64,000 nt of DNA from Escherichia coli (GCF_013122565.1 NZ_CP053258.1); one strand, 5' to 3'. Shown: positions 20,024-34,627, numbered from the stretch's first letter. Made by a program: numbers and translations. Notes: generated by a model from the letters alone, not told the origin.

Positions 20024-21376
20024 ATGGAAAGCTGCTTAGATATATTCAAGATAGTTATAGGTCCATCCAGTTCCCGCACTGTCGGGCCAATGCGTGCGGC
20101 TTATAATTTTGTCTCACAATTGAAACAGCGAGAAATGTTACCTTTGTTGCGGAAAATTGATGTCGAACTTTATGGCGCACTGTCATTAAGCCGCAAGTGC
20201 CATAATGTTGATGTGGCGATTTATCTCGGTTTGCAAGGTCACTTACCTGACAGCGTTGATATCCGCATGGAAATGTCCGCCATCAGGCGTGCGGAAACTG
20301 AGGCGACGCTGGAAGTTATGCCTGGTGTCAACGTTGGTGTAGCCATTATTTCTAATCCACAGGCGCACCCGGGGCATCCTTATGCGATGACATTTCGTGC
20401 CAGAGATGACTGGTTTACGCTTTATGAAGAAACCTGCTTTTCTGTCGGCGACGGTCAGGTTCAAAAAGCGGGAGAGGCGATGATTCCCTCCTCAGTCACT
20501 CCACATCCTTTTGAATTCCAGAACGCAAACGAATTATTAAAACTTTGTCAGCAAAACGGATTATCTGTTGCGGCATTAATGATGAAAAACGAACTACACT
20601 GCCAGACTTCTGATTTTTTGCATGACGATCTCAATAAAAAATGGGAAGTAATGAAGGATGCGGTCTATCGCGGGATGCATACAGAGGGATTACTTCCTGG
20701 TCCGTATCAGGTTAACCGTCGTGCCTGTGCTTTATATAAATCGTTGCAGGCAAAGGGGTTTACCAATGACTTCCTGACTACGATCAATTGGGTCAATACT
20801 TTTGCCATTGCGGTGAGCGAAGAAAATGCTGCAGGTGGACGCGTCGTGACAGCACCCACCAACGGCGCGAGCGGTATTATCCCGGCCGTACTGTGTTGGT
20901 ATGACAAATTCATTCACGAGCTTGATACTTACTCCGTTACCCGCTTTTTTCTGACCGCCGGTGCCATAGCCATTCTGTTCAAAAAAAATGCCTCTATTCT
21001 GGGGTCTGAAGTTGGATGTCAGGGGGAAATAGGCGTTGCCAGTTCAATGGCGGCAGCAGGATTAGCAGAACTTATGGGCGGGTCAGTGACTCAGGTACTC
21101 AGCGCGGCAGAAATTGCGATGGAACACCATTTAGGTTTGACCTGTGATCCAGTTGGCGGGCAGGTACAAATTCCTTGTATTGAACGAAATGCTATTTCAG
21201 CCGTGAAAGCTATCAACGCAACGACGATGGCTTTGAGTCGCATAAGCGAGCCGTGCATTACGCTGGATGAGATAATTTCCGCGATGTATGAAACCGGAAA
21301 GGATATGAGCGCTAAATACCGGGAAACTTATCATGGCTGTCTTAGCAAATTGCAGCCAAGAAAAAAGGACGCGTAA
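20024..21376 (+). CDS. L-serine dehydratase (Fe-S, SdaA/SdaB/TdcG family paralogue); accessory
   Basis: ORF-track 20003..21376 starts at a TTG; ATG at 20024 ([23 protein letters not shown]...) aligns with the SdaA N-terminus [23 protein letters not shown]; conserved [25 protein letters not shown] and LTCDPV..GQVQ.PCIERNA blocks. Confidence 0.85.
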   Translation: MESCLDIFKIVIGPSSSRTVGPMRAAYNFVSQLKQREMLPLLRKIDVELYGALSLSRKCHNVDVAIYLGLQGHLPDSVDIRMEMSAIRRAETEATLEVMPGVNVGVAIISNPQAHPGHPYAMTFRARDDWFTLYEETCFSVGDGQVQKAGEAMIPSSVTPHPFEFQNANELLKLCQQNGLSVAALMMKNELHCQTSDFLHDDLNKKWEVMKDAVYRGMHTEGLLPGPYQVNRRACALYKSLQAKGFTNDFLTTINWVNTFAIAVSEENAAGGRVVTAPTNGASGIIPAVLCWYDKFIHELDTYSVTRFFLTAGAIAILFKKNASILGSEVGCQGEIGVASSMAAAGLAELMGGSVTQVLSAAEIAMEHHLGLTCDPVGGQVQIPCIERNAISAVKAINATTMALSRISEPCITLDEIISAMYETGKDMSAKYRETYHGCLSKLQPRKKDA

Positions 21377-21377
21377 G

Positions 21378-21767
21378 ATGAAATACAATACCATGAATAA
21401 CAACGAAATTATTTTATCTCTGTGCGCACGTATTAAAGAAACGCGGATCTCATTATCATTGACCCAGCAGCAGTTAGCCGATCGTGCATTGGTGGGCATT
21501 GCAACGGTCAAGCGGATTGAAAAGGGGGGAAGTTTAAATCTTGATACCCTCATTTCTCTTCTGCGCGCGCTGAATAAATTGCAAAATCTCGATGCCATAT
21601 TGTTCGAAGCAGAAATGCGTAATTTCAATGAAAATACTTCCAGCGGCGAAGGGGCAGGGCGACTTCAGGTGCGCCAGCAACTGACAGATTTAAACCAGAA
21701 GTCTCCAGCCCCGCACGCAGATGACCGTGATTTTAGTACGGCGCTGGAAAATACTCTTTGCTGGTGA
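21378..21767 (+). CDS. XRE-family (Cro/CI-type HTH) transcriptional regulator; accessory
   Basis: ORF-track 21333..21767; ATG at 21378 (MKYNTMNNNEIILSLCARIKETRISLSLTQQQLADRALVGIATVKRIEKGG) begins 1 nt after the dehydratase stop; typical HTH_XRE signature. Confidence 0.75.
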   Translation: MKYNTMNNNEIILSLCARIKETRISLSLTQQQLADRALVGIATVKRIEKGGSLNLDTLISLLRALNKLQNLDAILFEAEMRNFNENTSSGEGAGRLQVRQQLTDLNQKSPAPHADDRDFSTALENTLCW

Positions 21768-22637
<870 letters not shown>

Positions 22638-22861
22638 TCATCATACCGTTTATTCAATGTGCTGTGAGTAACTTTCACTTCCGTATTTGCATAACGATGT
22701 TTTAACATCTGCTGATGAAAGGCAGCGGCAATTACAATAATTATCGCTGTGAATACTGGATTATGTGCGCCGCCTCACGCACAATAATCAGGCTGTAAAT
22801 CAGCTTAATAACTTTGCCCCCACGCAGGGCGGAGGCGTCACACCTGCAGGAGAAATCATAA

Positions 22862-23530
22862 ATGCCATCACTCAGTAAAGAAGCGGCCCTGGTTCATGAA
22901 GCGTTAGTTGCGCGAGGACTGGAAACACCGCTGCGCCCGCCCGTGCATGAAATGGATAACGAAACGCGCAAAAGCCTTATTGCTGGTCATATGACCGAAA
23001 TCATGCAGCTGCTGAATCTCGACCTGGCTGATGACAGTTTGATGGAAACGCCGCATCGCATCGCTAAAATGTATGTCGATGAAATTTTCTCCGGTCTGGA
23101 TTACGCCAACTTCCCGAAAATCACCCTCATTGAAAACAAAATGAAGGTCGATGAAATGGTCACCGTGCGCGATATCACTCTGACCAGTACCTGTGAACAC
23201 CATTTTGTTACCATCGATGGCAAAGCGACGGTGGCTTATATCCCGAAAGATTCGGTGATCGGTCTGTCAAAAATTAACCGTATCGTGCAGTTCTTTGCCC
23301 AGCGTCCGCAGGTGCAGGAACGTCTGACGCAGCAAATTCTTATTGCGCTACAAACGCTGCTGGGCACCAATAACGTGGCTGTCTCTATCGACGCGGTGCA
23401 TTACTGCGTGAAGGCGCGTGGCATCCGCGATGCAACCAGTGCCACGACAACGACCTCTCTTGGTGGATTGTTCAAATCCAGTCAGAATACGCGCCACGAG
23501 TTTCTGCGCGCTGTGCGTCATCACAACTGA
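22862..23530 (+). CDS. folE: GTP cyclohydrolase I
   Basis: 222-aa [27 protein letters not shown]...; matches FolE. Confidence 0.95.
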
Positions 23531-23546
23531 TTAAAAGGCAGGAACC

Positions 23547-24704
23547 ATGGAGCGCAACGTCACGCTCGATTTTGTTCGCGGCGTCGCCATTCTGGGGATC
23601 CTGCTATTAAACATCAGCGCCTTTGGGCTACCAAAGGCGGCTTATCTCAATCCCGCCTGGTACGGCGCTATTACGCCGCAGGATGCATGGACCTGGGCAT
23701 TTCTCGATCTCATCGGCCAGGTGAAATTCCTCACGCTTTTTGCGCTGCTGTTTGGTGCTGGCCTGCAAATGTTGCTGCCCCGTGGCAGACGCTGGATCCA
23801 GTCGCGGTTAACGCTGTTAGTCTTGCTGGGCTTTATTCACGGTTTATTGTTCTGGGACGGCGATATTCTGCTGGCTTACGGGCTGGTGGGCTTAATCTGC
23901 TGGCGGCTGGTGCGCGATGCGCCATCGGTAAAAAGCCTGTTTAATACAGGCGTCATGCTTTATCTGGTGGGGCTTGGCGTTTTGCTGTTATTGGGGCTGA
24001 TTTCCGACAGCGAGACCAGCCGCGCCTGGACGCCGGATGCATCGGCTATTTTGTATGAAAAATACTGGAAGCTTCACAGCGGCGTTGAAGCGATCAGTAA
24101 TCGTGCCGATGGTGTTGGCAACAGTTTACTGGCACTGGGCGCACAGTATGGCTGGCAACTGGCTGGGATGATGCTCATTGGTGCGGCGCTGATGCGCAGC
24201 GGCTGGCTGAAAGGGCAGTTCAGCTTACGTCACTATCGTCGTACTGGTTTTGTGCTGGTGGCGATTGGGGTGACCATTAACCTTCCTGCCATCGCCCTGC
24301 AATGGCAGCTGGACTGGGCGTATCGCTGGTGTGCCTTCTTACTTCAGATGCCGCGGGAACTGAGTGCGCCGTTTCAGGCGATTGGCTATGCGTCGCTGTT
24401 TTATGGCTTCTGGCCGCAATTGAGCCGCTTTAAGCTGGTGCTGGCGATCGCCTGCGTCGGACGGATGGCGCTGACCAACTATCTATTGCAAACGCTGATT
24501 TGTACCACGCTTTTTTATCACCTCGGTTTGTTTATGCAGTTTGACCGTCTGGAATTGCTGGCGTTTGTTATTCCGGTATGGCTGGCTAATATCCTCTTCT
24601 CTGTTATCTGGCTGCGTTACTTCCGCCAGGGGCCGGTGGAATGGCTCTGGCGTCAGTTAACTTTGCGTGCTGTCGGACCGACAATATCTAAAACATCAAG
24701 ATAA
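23547..24704 (+). CDS. yeiB: DUF418-family inner-membrane protein YeiB
   Basis: 385-aa polytopic membrane ORF matching YeiB. Confidence 0.88.
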   Translation: MERNVTLDFVRGVAILGILLLNISAFGLPKAAYLNPAWYGAITPQDAWTWAFLDLIGQVKFLTLFALLFGAGLQMLLPRGRRWIQSRLTLLVLLGFIHGLLFWDGDILLAYGLVGLICWRLVRDAPSVKSLFNTGVMLYLVGLGVLLLLGLISDSETSRAWTPDASAILYEKYWKLHSGVEAISNRADGVGNSLLALGAQYGWQLAGMMLIGAALMRSGWLKGQFSLRHYRRTGFVLVAIGVTINLPAIALQWQLDWAYRWCAFLLQMPRELSAPFQAIGYASLFYGFWPQLSRFKLVLAIACVGRMALTNYLLQTLICTTLFYHLGLFMQFDRLELLAFVIPVWLANILFSVIWLRYFRQGPVEWLWRQLTLRAVGPTISKTSR

Positions 24705-24845
24705 CGATCTGGATCACATTCGTTAACAAAACGGCTGTAACCGTTTCCATTGCTGTGACTCGATTCACGAAGTCCTGTAGTCAGTGCTGACAAAATAGCC
24801 GCCAGCAAGCAGTCATTTACTGCAATCTCATAACAGGTAGTGAAT

Positions 24846-25886
24846 ATGATCACCATTCGTGATGTAGCGCGTCAGGCTGGCGTCTCTGTGGCAACGGTTT
24901 CCCGGGTGCTCAATAACAGCACGCTGGTCAGTGCCGACACGCGTGAAGCAGTAATGAAAGCCGTGAGTGAGCTGGATTATCGGCCAAACGCCAATGCCCA
25001 GGCGCTGGCAACTCAGGTTAGCGATACCATTGGCGTGGTGGTGATGGACGTTTCTGATGCGTTTTTCGGCGCGCTGGTAAAAGCGGTGGATCTGGTCGCC
25101 CAGCAGCATGAGAAATACGTGCTAATCGGCAATAGCTATCATGAAGCGGAAAAAGAGCGTCACGCTATTGAGGTGTTAATTCGCCAGCGTTGTAATGCGT
25201 TGATTGTTCACTCAAAAGCATTGAGTGACGATGAACTGGCACAATTTATGGATAACATTCCCGGTATGGTGTTAATCAACCGCGTTGTGCCGGGGTACGC
25301 CCATCGTTGCGTTTGCCTGGATAATCTCAGCGGTGCCCGAATGGCGACGCGCATGTTGCTGAATAACGGTCATCAACGTATTGGTTATCTTTCTTCCAGC
25401 CACGGCATTGAAGATGACGCCATGCGTAAAGCAGGCTGGATGAGTGCGTTGAAAGAGCAGGATATTATTCCGCCGGAAAGCTGGATTGGCACTGGTACGC
25501 CGGACATGCCGGGCGGTGAGGCGGCGATGGTTGAACTGCTGGGGCGCAATCTACAACTTACCGCTGTATTTGCTTATAACGACAATATGGCCGCTGGCGC
25601 ACTGACAGCATTAAAAGATAATGGCATTGCGATTCCGTTACATCTCTCAATCATCGGTTTCGATGATATTCCCATCGCCCGTTACACCGACCCGCAATTA
25701 ACGACCGTGCGTTATCCCATTGCTTCAATGGCTAAATTAGCCACCGAACTGGCCTTGCAGGGGGCAGCAGGCAATATTGATCCTCGTGCCAGCCACTGTT
25801 TTATGCCGACGTTAGTGCGTCGTCATTCTGTCGCAACTCGCCAGAATGCGGCGGCGATCACTAACTCAACAAATCAGGCGATGTAA
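24846..25886 (+). CDS. galS: LacI/GalR-family galactose isorepressor
   Basis: ORF-track 24840 is a GTG; ATG at 24846 gives 346-aa [25 protein letters not shown]... matching GalS. Confidence 0.92.
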   Translation: MITIRDVARQAGVSVATVSRVLNNSTLVSADTREAVMKAVSELDYRPNANAQALATQVSDTIGVVVMDVSDAFFGALVKAVDLVAQQHEKYVLIGNSYHEAEKERHAIEVLIRQRCNALIVHSKALSDDELAQFMDNIPGMVLINRVVPGYAHRCVCLDNLSGARMATRMLLNNGHQRIGYLSSSHGIEDDAMRKAGWMSALKEQDIIPPESWIGTGTPDMPGGEAAMVELLGRNLQLTAVFAYNDNMAAGALTALKDNGIAIPLHLSIIGFDDIPIARYTDPQLTTVRYPIASMAKLATELALQGAAGNIDPRASHCFMPTLVRRHSVATRQNAAAITNSTNQAM

Positions 25887-25898
25887 CCGCTTTCAATC

Positions 25899-25914
25899 TG
25901 TGAGTGATTTCACA
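25899..25914 (+). promoter_or_regulatory. Consensus CRP site in the mgl control region
   Basis: TGTGA-gtgatt-TCACA, perfect CRP half-sites; lies just after the galS stop and upstream of mglB; an adjacent GalR/GalS-operator-like sequence tgtaaccgctttca overlaps the galS stop. Confidence 0.55.
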
Positions 25915-26165
25915 GTATCTTAACAATGTGATAGCTATGATTGCACCGTTTTAACGTTGTAACCCGTATGTAACAGTGAATAATCACTTTCACCGAGGTA
26001 ATAGCGTCATAACAACAATTAAAGCCGTTTTCTGGAGCGTTACCGGGCATGGAAGAACGAATTTTAAAAAGTAAGCTTCGGCGTTCAGTAACACTTCATT
26101 AACTCTACTGCCCCGCCGAGCATTTATCTCAAGCACTACCCTGCATAAGAAAAACCGGAGATACC

Positions 26166-27164
26166 ATGAATAAGAAGGTGTTAACCCTGTCTGCTGTGAT
26201 GGCCAGCATGTTATTCGGTGCCGCTGCACACGCTGCTGATACTCGCATTGGTGTAACAATCTATAAGTACGACGATAACTTTATGTCTGTAGTGCGCAAG
26301 GCTATTGAGCAGGATGCGAAAGCCGCGCCAGATGTTCAGCTGCTGATGAATGATTCTCAGAATGACCAGTCCAAGCAGAACGATCAGATCGACGTATTGC
26401 TGGCGAAAGGGGTGAAGGCACTGGCAATCAACCTGGTTGACCCAGCAGCTGCGGGTACGGTGATTGAGAAAGCGCGTGGGCAAAACGTGCCGGTGGTTTT
26501 CTTCAACAAAGAACCGTCTCGTAAGGCGCTGGATAGCTACGACAAAGCCTACTACGTTGGCACTGACTCCAAAGAGTCCGGCATTATTCAGGGCGATTTG
26601 ATTGCTAAACACTGGGCGGCGAATCAGGGATGGGATCTGAATAAAGACGGTCAGATTCAATTCGTACTACTGAAAGGTGAGCCGGGCCATCCGGATGCAG
26701 AAGCACGTACCACTTACGTGATTAAAGAGCTGAACGACAAAGGCATCAAAACTGAACAGTTACAGTTAGATACCGCTATGTGGGATACCGCTCAGGCGAA
26801 AGATAAGATGGACGCCTGGCTGTCTGGCCCGAACGCCAACAAAATCGAAGTGGTTATCGCCAACAACGATGCGATGGCAATGGGCGCGGTAGAAGCACTG
26901 AAAGCACACAACAAGTCCAGCATTCCGGTGTTTGGCGTCGATGCTCTGCCAGAAGCGCTGGCGCTGGTGAAATCCGGTGCACTGGCGGGCACCGTACTGA
27001 ACGATGCTAACAACCAGGCGAAAGCGACCTTTGATCTGGCGAAAAACCTGGCCGATGGCAAAGGTGCGGCTGATGGCACCAACTGGAAAATCGACAACAA
27101 AGTGGTCCGCGTACCTTATGTTGGCGTAGATAAAGACAACCTGGCTGAATTCAGCAAGAAATAA
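26166..27164 (+). CDS. mglB: Periplasmic galactose/glucose-binding protein
   Basis: 332-aa ORF with signal peptide [23 protein letters not shown]; matches MglB. Confidence 0.95.
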   Translation: MNKKVLTLSAVMASMLFGAAAHAADTRIGVTIYKYDDNFMSVVRKAIEQDAKAAPDVQLLMNDSQNDQSKQNDQIDVLLAKGVKALAINLVDPAAAGTVIEKARGQNVPVVFFNKEPSRKALDSYDKAYYVGTDSKESGIIQGDLIAKHWAANQGWDLNKDGQIQFVLLKGEPGHPDAEARTTYVIKELNDKGIKTEQLQLDTAMWDTAQAKDKMDAWLSGPNANKIEVVIANNDAMAMGAVEALKAHNKSSIPVFGVDALPEALALVKSGALAGTVLNDANNQAKATFDLAKNLADGKGAADGTNWKIDNKVVRVPYVGVDKDNLAEFSKK

Positions 27165-27224
27165 GACTGATTGGGCGCAGTCTATTACTGCGCCCTTATT
27201 GTATGACCAACAAGGTAAAATTAT

Positions 27225-28745
27225 ATGGTCAGCTCAACGACTCCGTCCTCCGGGGAATACTTGTTGGAAATGAGCGGTATCAACAAGTCCTTTCCTGGTG
27301 TTAAGGCACTTGATAACGTTAATTTAAATGTCCGGCCACATTCTATCCATGCATTAATGGGGGAAAACGGCGCAGGAAAATCAACATTATTAAAATGCCT
27401 GTTTGGTATTTATCAAAAAGACTCCGGCACCATTTTATTCCAGGGTAAAGAGATCGATTTCCATTCTGCAAAAGAAGCCCTGGAAAATGGTATTTCGATG
27501 GTACACCAGGAGTTAAACCTGGTATTACAACGTTCGGTGATGGATAACATGTGGCTGGGGCGATATCCCACCAAAGGCATGTTTGTCGATCAGGACAAAA
27601 TGTACCGCGAAACCAAAGCGATTTTTGACGAACTGGATATTGATATCGATCCGCGTGCGCGCGTCGGCACATTATCCGTTTCGCAAATGCAGATGATCGA
27701 AATCGCCAAAGCGTTTTCCTATAACGCGAAAATTGTGATTATGGATGAACCGACTTCTTCGTTAACCGAAAAAGAGGTCAATCATCTGTTCACTATTATT
27801 CGTAAATTAAAAGAGCGCGGCTGCGGTATTGTTTATATCTCGCATAAAATGGAAGAAATCTTCCAGTTATGTGATGAAGTTACCGTATTGCGCGACGGTC
27901 AGTGGATCGCTACCGAACCGTTGGCAGGGCTGACGATGGATAAGATCATCGCCATGATGGTTGGGCGTTCTCTTAACCAGCGTTTCCCTGACAAAGAAAA
28001 CAAGCCGGGCGAAGTCATCCTCGAGGTGCGTAACCTGACGTCACTGCGCCAGCCGTCGATCCGTGATGTCTCGTTTGATCTGCATAAAGGGGAGATCCTC
28101 GGTATTGCCGGTCTGGTGGGGGCGAAACGTACCGATATTGTTGAGACGTTATTTGGTATTCGCGAGAAATCGGCTGGCACCATTACGTTGCACGGCAAAA
28201 AGATCAATAACCATAATGCCAATGAAGCCATAAACCACGGATTTGCTCTGGTAACTGAGGAGCGCCGCTCAACGGGAATTTATGCCTATCTGGATATTGG
28301 TTTTAACTCGTTAATTTCCAATATTCGCAACTACAAAAACAAAGTTGGTTTACTGGATAACTCGCGGATGAAAAGCGATACCCAGTGGGTGATTGATTCG
28401 ATGCGGGTAAAAACGCCGGGGCATCGGACGCAAATTGGTTCGCTCTCAGGTGGTAATCAGCAAAAGGTGATTATTGGGCGCTGGCTACTAACGCAACCGG
28501 AAATATTAATGCTCGATGAACCGACGCGCGGTATTGATGTCGGGGCGAAGTTTGAGATCTATCAGTTAATTGCCGAACTGGCGAAGAAAGGCAAAGGGAT
28601 TATTATTATCTCCTCTGAAATGCCTGAGTTGTTAGGGATAACAGACCGTATTCTGGTCATGAGCAACGGTCTCGTTTCCGGAATTGTCGACACAAAAACA
28701 ACAACGCAAAACGAAATTCTGCGTCTTGCGTCTTTGCACCTTTAA
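27225..28745 (+). CDS. mglA: Galactose/methyl-galactoside ABC transporter ATP-binding protein (duplicated ABC domains)
   Basis: 506-aa ORF with two Walker A motifs (GENGAGKST; GLVGAKRT); matches MglA. Confidence 0.95.
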   Translation: MVSSTTPSSGEYLLEMSGINKSFPGVKALDNVNLNVRPHSIHALMGENGAGKSTLLKCLFGIYQKDSGTILFQGKEIDFHSAKEALENGISMVHQELNLVLQRSVMDNMWLGRYPTKGMFVDQDKMYRETKAIFDELDIDIDPRARVGTLSVSQMQMIEIAKAFSYNAKIVIMDEPTSSLTEKEVNHLFTIIRKLKERGCGIVYISHKMEEIFQLCDEVTVLRDGQWIATEPLAGLTMDKIIAMMVGRSLNQRFPDKENKPGEVILEVRNLTSLRQPSIRDVSFDLHKGEILGIAGLVGAKRTDIVETLFGIREKSAGTITLHGKKINNHNANEAINHGFALVTEERRSTGIYAYLDIGFNSLISNIRNYKNKVGLLDNSRMKSDTQWVIDSMRVKTPGHRTQIGSLSGGNQQKVIIGRWLLTQPEILMLDEPTRGIDVGAKFEIYQLIAELAKKGKGIIIISSEMPELLGITDRILVMSNGLVSGIVDTKTTTQNEILRLASLHL

Positions 28746-28760
28746 GATTAGGGGCTTCCC

Positions 28761-29771
28761 ATGAGTGCGTTAAATAAGAAAAGTTTTCTTACTTACCTGA
28801 AAGAGGGCGGTATTTACGTCGTTCTTTTAGTTTTGCTGGCGATTATTATTTTCCAGGACCCAACATTTTTAAGTCTGTTGAACTTAAGTAATATTCTCAC
28901 CCAGTCATCGGTGCGTATTATTATCGCGCTCGGTGTGGCAGGGTTAATTGTCACCCAGGGGACCGACCTTTCTGCAGGTCGCCAGGTGGGGCTGGCGGCA
29001 GTAGTAGCGGCGACGTTATTGCAGTCCATGGATAACGCCAACAAAGTGTTCCCGGAAATGGCGACGATGCCGATTGCGCTGGTTATTCTGATTGTCTGTG
29101 CCATTGGTGCGGTGATCGGTTTGATCAACGGTCTGATTATCGCTTATCTCAACGTGACGCCGTTCATTACCACGCTCGGCACGATGATCATCGTCTATGG
29201 CATCAACTCGCTCTATTACGACTTTGTCGGGGCGTCGCCGATTTCTGGTTTCGACAGTGGCTTCTCTACCTTTGCTCAGGGCTTTGTCGCGCTGGGGAGT
29301 TTCCGTCTCTCTTACATCACCTTCTACGCGTTGATTGCGGTGGCGTTCGTCTGGGTGTTGTGGAACAAAACCCGCTTCGGTAAGAACATTTTTGCCATTG
29401 GCGGTAACCCGGAAGCGGCAAAAGTATCTGGTGTCAACGTCGGCCTGAACCTGCTGATGATCTACGCGTTGTCTGGCGTGTTCTATGCCTTTGGCGGGAT
29501 GTTAGAAGCCGGACGTATCGGCTCTGCCACCAACAACCTCGGCTTTATGTATGAGCTGGATGCTATCGCGGCGTGCGTGGTAGGCGGTGTATCGTTCAGC
29601 GGCGGTGTGGGGACGGTGATTGGCGTGGTGACCGGGGTAATTATTTTTACCGTCATCAACTATGGCCTGACGTATATCGGCGTAAACCCATACTGGCAGT
29701 ACATCATCAAAGGGGCGATTATTATCTTCGCCGTAGCGCTGGATTCACTGAAATACGCGCGTAAGAAGTGA
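28761..29771 (+). CDS. mglC: Galactose/methyl-galactoside ABC transporter permease
   Basis: 336-aa membrane ORF matching MglC. Confidence 0.95.
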   Translation: MSALNKKSFLTYLKEGGIYVVLLVLLAIIIFQDPTFLSLLNLSNILTQSSVRIIIALGVAGLIVTQGTDLSAGRQVGLAAVVAATLLQSMDNANKVFPEMATMPIALVILIVCAIGAVIGLINGLIIAYLNVTPFITTLGTMIIVYGINSLYYDFVGASPISGFDSGFSTFAQGFVALGSFRLSYITFYALIAVAFVWVLWNKTRFGKNIFAIGGNPEAAKVSGVNVGLNLLMIYALSGVFYAFGGMLEAGRIGSATNNLGFMYELDAIAACVVGGVSFSGGVGTVIGVVTGVIIFTVINYGLTYIGVNPYWQYIIKGAIIIFAVALDSLKYARKK

Positions 29772-29785
29772 TGTAATTGTGGATA

Positions 29786-29832
29786 TTGCCGGATGCGCTG
29801 CATCCGGCAATCGGTGCCAAATGCCGGATGCG
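29786..29832. repeat. REP element(s) between convergent mglC and preA
   Basis: Perfect palindrome ttgccggatgc-gct-gcatccggcaa, then a second partial gccggatgcg copy. Confidence 0.6.
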
Positions 29833-29841
29833 TCTCTGGTT

Positions 29842-31077
29842 TTACAACGTTACCGGGTGTTCTTTCTCTCCCTTCTTAAACTTCACTTCTCCGAGATCAA
29901 TACAACCCACCGGGCAGACGTGACCACAAAGCAGACAACCCACACATTTCTCGGTATTACAATGCGGTGTGCGGGTTTTCTCGCTCCATTCCATCGCCTG
30001 GTGACCGCCGTCGTAACAGGAAATATAACAGCGTCCACAGCCAACACATTTATCAAGATTGATACGGGGATAGACAATATAACTGCGGTCTAAATCTTCC
30101 GCCGGGACAATATTGTTATTCGCCAGACCTACCATCTCCTGCAACGAATCAAATCCCTGATCGGCGAGATAATGCGATAACCCGCTCGCCATATCTTCTA
30201 CGATGCGATAGCCGTACTGCATAATGCCGGTGGTGACCTGTAACGTTGCTGCGCCGAGCAATAAAAACTCCGCCGCATCCTCCCAGGTTTCAATACCGCC
30301 GATACCGCTGATTGGGAAATCGCGCAGTTCTGGATGGGTGCGCATTTGCTGAATGAAGCGCAGGGCGATCGGTTTTACCGCTTTACCGGAATATCCGGAA
30401 ATACTCGATTTTCCGTTAACGATCGGCATACCGATTTTCTGATTAAGATCGATATTGGTGATGGATTTAACGGTGTTAATCGCCGCAATGCCATCTGCGC
30501 CGCCGCGCTTCGCCGCCAGCGCCACTTCGCACATATCACCGATATTCGGCGTCATCTTCGCCAGCATTGGCAGCGTGGAACCCCGTTTCACTGCCCGACA
30601 ATATTTTTCTACCAGCTCCGGGCTTTGCCCGACATCGCTACCCATCGCATGAGAAGTCATTTGCGGACAGGAGAAGTTGCACTCGATCATATCCGCGCCA
30701 GCTTCTTGCACCAGGCGCGCCAGCTCCTCCCATTGCTGCTCATTTTCCCCCATGATCGAAGCGATCAATACTTTGTCCGGGTAATCTTCCTTCAGCCGAC
30801 GCAGGGCGGCCAGATTCTCTTCCAACGGATGTTCAGCAATCTGCTCCATATTTTTGAAGCCGATAAAACCGGTATCTTCTTTCACCAGATGATCAAAACG
30901 CGGCGAGACTTCGTTGGCGATAAAAAAGCCGATCGTTTTAAACACCACACCGCCCCAACCTGTGTCGTAGGCTTTGGCACACATCTCATAGCAGTTGCCT
31001 ACCGGCGAAGAAGAGAGGCAGAATGGGTTGGGAAACTTCACGCCGCAAAAAGTAATCGAAAGATCTTTCGTTAACAT
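29842..31077 (-). CDS. preA: NAD-dependent dihydropyrimidine dehydrogenase subunit PreA
   Basis: ORF-track 29842..31083; start moved to the second Met (31077) to give 411-aa [19 protein letters not shown]...; C-terminal 4Fe-4S ferredoxin cysteine motifs; matches PreA/YeiA. Confidence 0.9.
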   Translation of the reverse strand: MLTKDLSITFCGVKFPNPFCLSSSPVGNCYEMCAKAYDTGWGGVVFKTIGFFIANEVSPRFDHLVKEDTGFIGFKNMEQIAEHPLEENLAALRRLKEDYPDKVLIASIMGENEQQWEELARLVQEAGADMIECNFSCPQMTSHAMGSDVGQSPELVEKYCRAVKRGSTLPMLAKMTPNIGDMCEVALAAKRGGADGIAAINTVKSITNIDLNQKIGMPIVNGKSSISGYSGKAVKPIALRFIQQMRTHPELRDFPISGIGGIETWEDAAEFLLLGAATLQVTTGIMQYGYRIVEDMASGLSHYLADQGFDSLQEMVGLANNNIVPAEDLDRSYIVYPRINLDKCVGCGRCYISCYDGGHQAMEWSEKTRTPHCNTEKCVGCLLCGHVCPVGCIDLGEVKFKKGEKEHPVTL

Positions 31078-32309
31078 GAGCAAGCTCCCTCTAAATAGTG
31101 ATGAATCGCCTCGGCGGCTTCTTTCCCGGTTTTCACGGCATAGACCACGGTTTTGTCACCCTCAACAATATCGCCAGCAGCAAAGACTTGCGGATCGCGG
31201 GTCTGATAATTTTGTGTTTTGATGGTGTTACGCTGCGGCTCTAACTCCGCAAAGGCATCCAGTCTGGCATGCTGACCGACGGCGAGAATAATTTTATCTG
31301 CCACCATCGTCAGTTCGCCCGATAACCGTACATGCTTAAACGTGACTTTATTGCCTTCCACGGCTACTGGCGTGAATCCATCGATGATCGAAACGCCCAG
31401 CTCCCGGGCGCTGGCAAACTCTTTTTCGCTTGCCGGAAACTCATCTAACTCTTCACGCGCTACGCAAGTTACCGCCTGACAGCCGAGAACTTTCAGCGTG
31501 CTGGCTACGTCCATCGCGACATCACCGCCGCCGATAATTAATGCGCTTTGTGGAATGCTGATATCGCCTTGCGCCTGTCGTGCACGTTGCAGGAAGTCGA
31601 CGGCAATCTCAACGTCGCTATGCTCAAACAGCGGTAGCCCGGAACCGCTTGATAACCCCACGGTGACCAGTACCGCGCGGTTTTCCGCTTTCAGTTGCTC
31701 CAGGGTGAGTGTTTTACCGACTTCGTTGTTGCACTTAATGGTCACGCCCATTTTTTCAATACGGGCGATTTCTGCATCCAGCACTGATTGCGGTAACCGA
31801 AATTGCGGAATACCGTTACGCAACCAGCCACCGGGGTGCGCTTCTTTCTCATAAATCGTGACGTCATAACCCTGGTTTGTTAGCGTCACACTGGCCTGCA
31901 ATCCGGCAGGACCTGCGCCAATAATCGCGACTTTGCCGAGCGTTTTAGTACCGGGCTGATAAATTTCCATCCCGGTTTGTTGTTCAAAATCAGTAACAAA
32001 ACGCTGTAAGCGGCCGATATCAATGGGAGCATCAACACCGGCACGGGTACAACCGCTTTGGCATAATTTCTCCGTCGGGCACACTCTGGCACAAACGGCA
32101 CCGAGGGCATTATTTTCGCGAATTGTCTCGGCAGCGCCTTTAAAATTACGAAAGTAGATTGAGCGAATAAATTTCCCCGGATCGGTCTGTGCCGGGCAAG
32201 CCTGACTACAGGGAGCGTCGTGACATAATAAACAGCGAGAGGCTTCTTTAATCGCCAGTAAAGGCGTAAAAGCCGGAGTGAGTTCATCCAGATAATTTTG
32301 TTGCGGCAT
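31071..32309 (-). CDS. preT: NAD-dependent dihydropyrimidine dehydrogenase subunit PreT
   Basis: 412-aa ORF with GAGPAG dinucleotide-binding motif; matches PreT/YeiT; overlaps preA start. Confidence 0.9.
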   Translation of the reverse strand: MPQQNYLDELTPAFTPLLAIKEASRCLLCHDAPCSQACPAQTDPGKFIRSIYFRNFKGAAETIRENNALGAVCARVCPTEKLCQSGCTRAGVDAPIDIGRLQRFVTDFEQQTGMEIYQPGTKTLGKVAIIGAGPAGLQASVTLTNQGYDVTIYEKEAHPGGWLRNGIPQFRLPQSVLDAEIARIEKMGVTIKCNNEVGKTLTLEQLKAENRAVLVTVGLSSGSGLPLFEHSDVEIAVDFLQRARQAQGDISIPQSALIIGGGDVAMDVASTLKVLGCQAVTCVAREELDEFPASEKEFASARELGVSIIDGFTPVAVEGNKVTFKHVRLSGELTMVADKIILAVGQHARLDAFAELEPQRNTIKTQNYQTRDPQVFAAGDIVEGDKTVVYAVKTGKEAAEAIHHYLEGACSC

Positions 32310-32401
32310 GTGATCTTCCTTAATGCTATGAGTAATTAAGGCGAACGCTAAATAAATATTGCGTGCTGATATTAAGGCTATGCGCGTGGGGAAATTTAAA
32401 C

Positions 32402-32417
32402 TGTGAAAGGATTCACA
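32402..32417 (-). promoter_or_regulatory. Consensus CRP site upstream of preTA
   Basis: TGTGA-aaggat-TCACA, about 90 bp upstream of the preT start. Confidence 0.45.
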
Positions 32418-32502
32418 AATAGCTGCGGTTCAGAATGTTATATCCGCAGCTTATTGAGTGAAGTAATAATTATTCTCAATAATTAACAGAAAAGAGAAAA
32501 TA

Positions 32503-34498
<1,996 letters not shown>

Positions 34499-34554
34499 GG
34501 CGTTGCCTCATAATCATGTAATGGGATAACAGTTTACGAACCCGTTATGGCTTT

Positions 34555-34627
34555 ATATGTGATCTGAATCTCATTAATTATGCAACGCGTGAAACTTACA
34601 TCAAAAATGCGCGACGCATCGCAAATT
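34555..34627 (-). promoter_or_regulatory. cdd promoter region with tandem CRP-like sites (CytR/CRP-regulated)
   Basis: TGTGAtctgaaTCTCA at 34558-34573 and a second CRP-like element tgcgcgacgcatcgcaaa near 34608-34625, in the 129-bp region upstream of cdd. Confidence 0.5.

Noticed and set aside
17514-21767. Possibility that the cirA-yeiG island is a prophage remnant or integrative element
   Set aside because: No integrase, transposase, tRNA gene or obvious flanking direct repeats were found by eye; content is purely metabolic plus a regulator. The XRE regulator is Cro/CI-like, but that family is common outside phages.
30334-31074. 246-aa ORF on the plus strand
   Set aside because: Antisense within preA.
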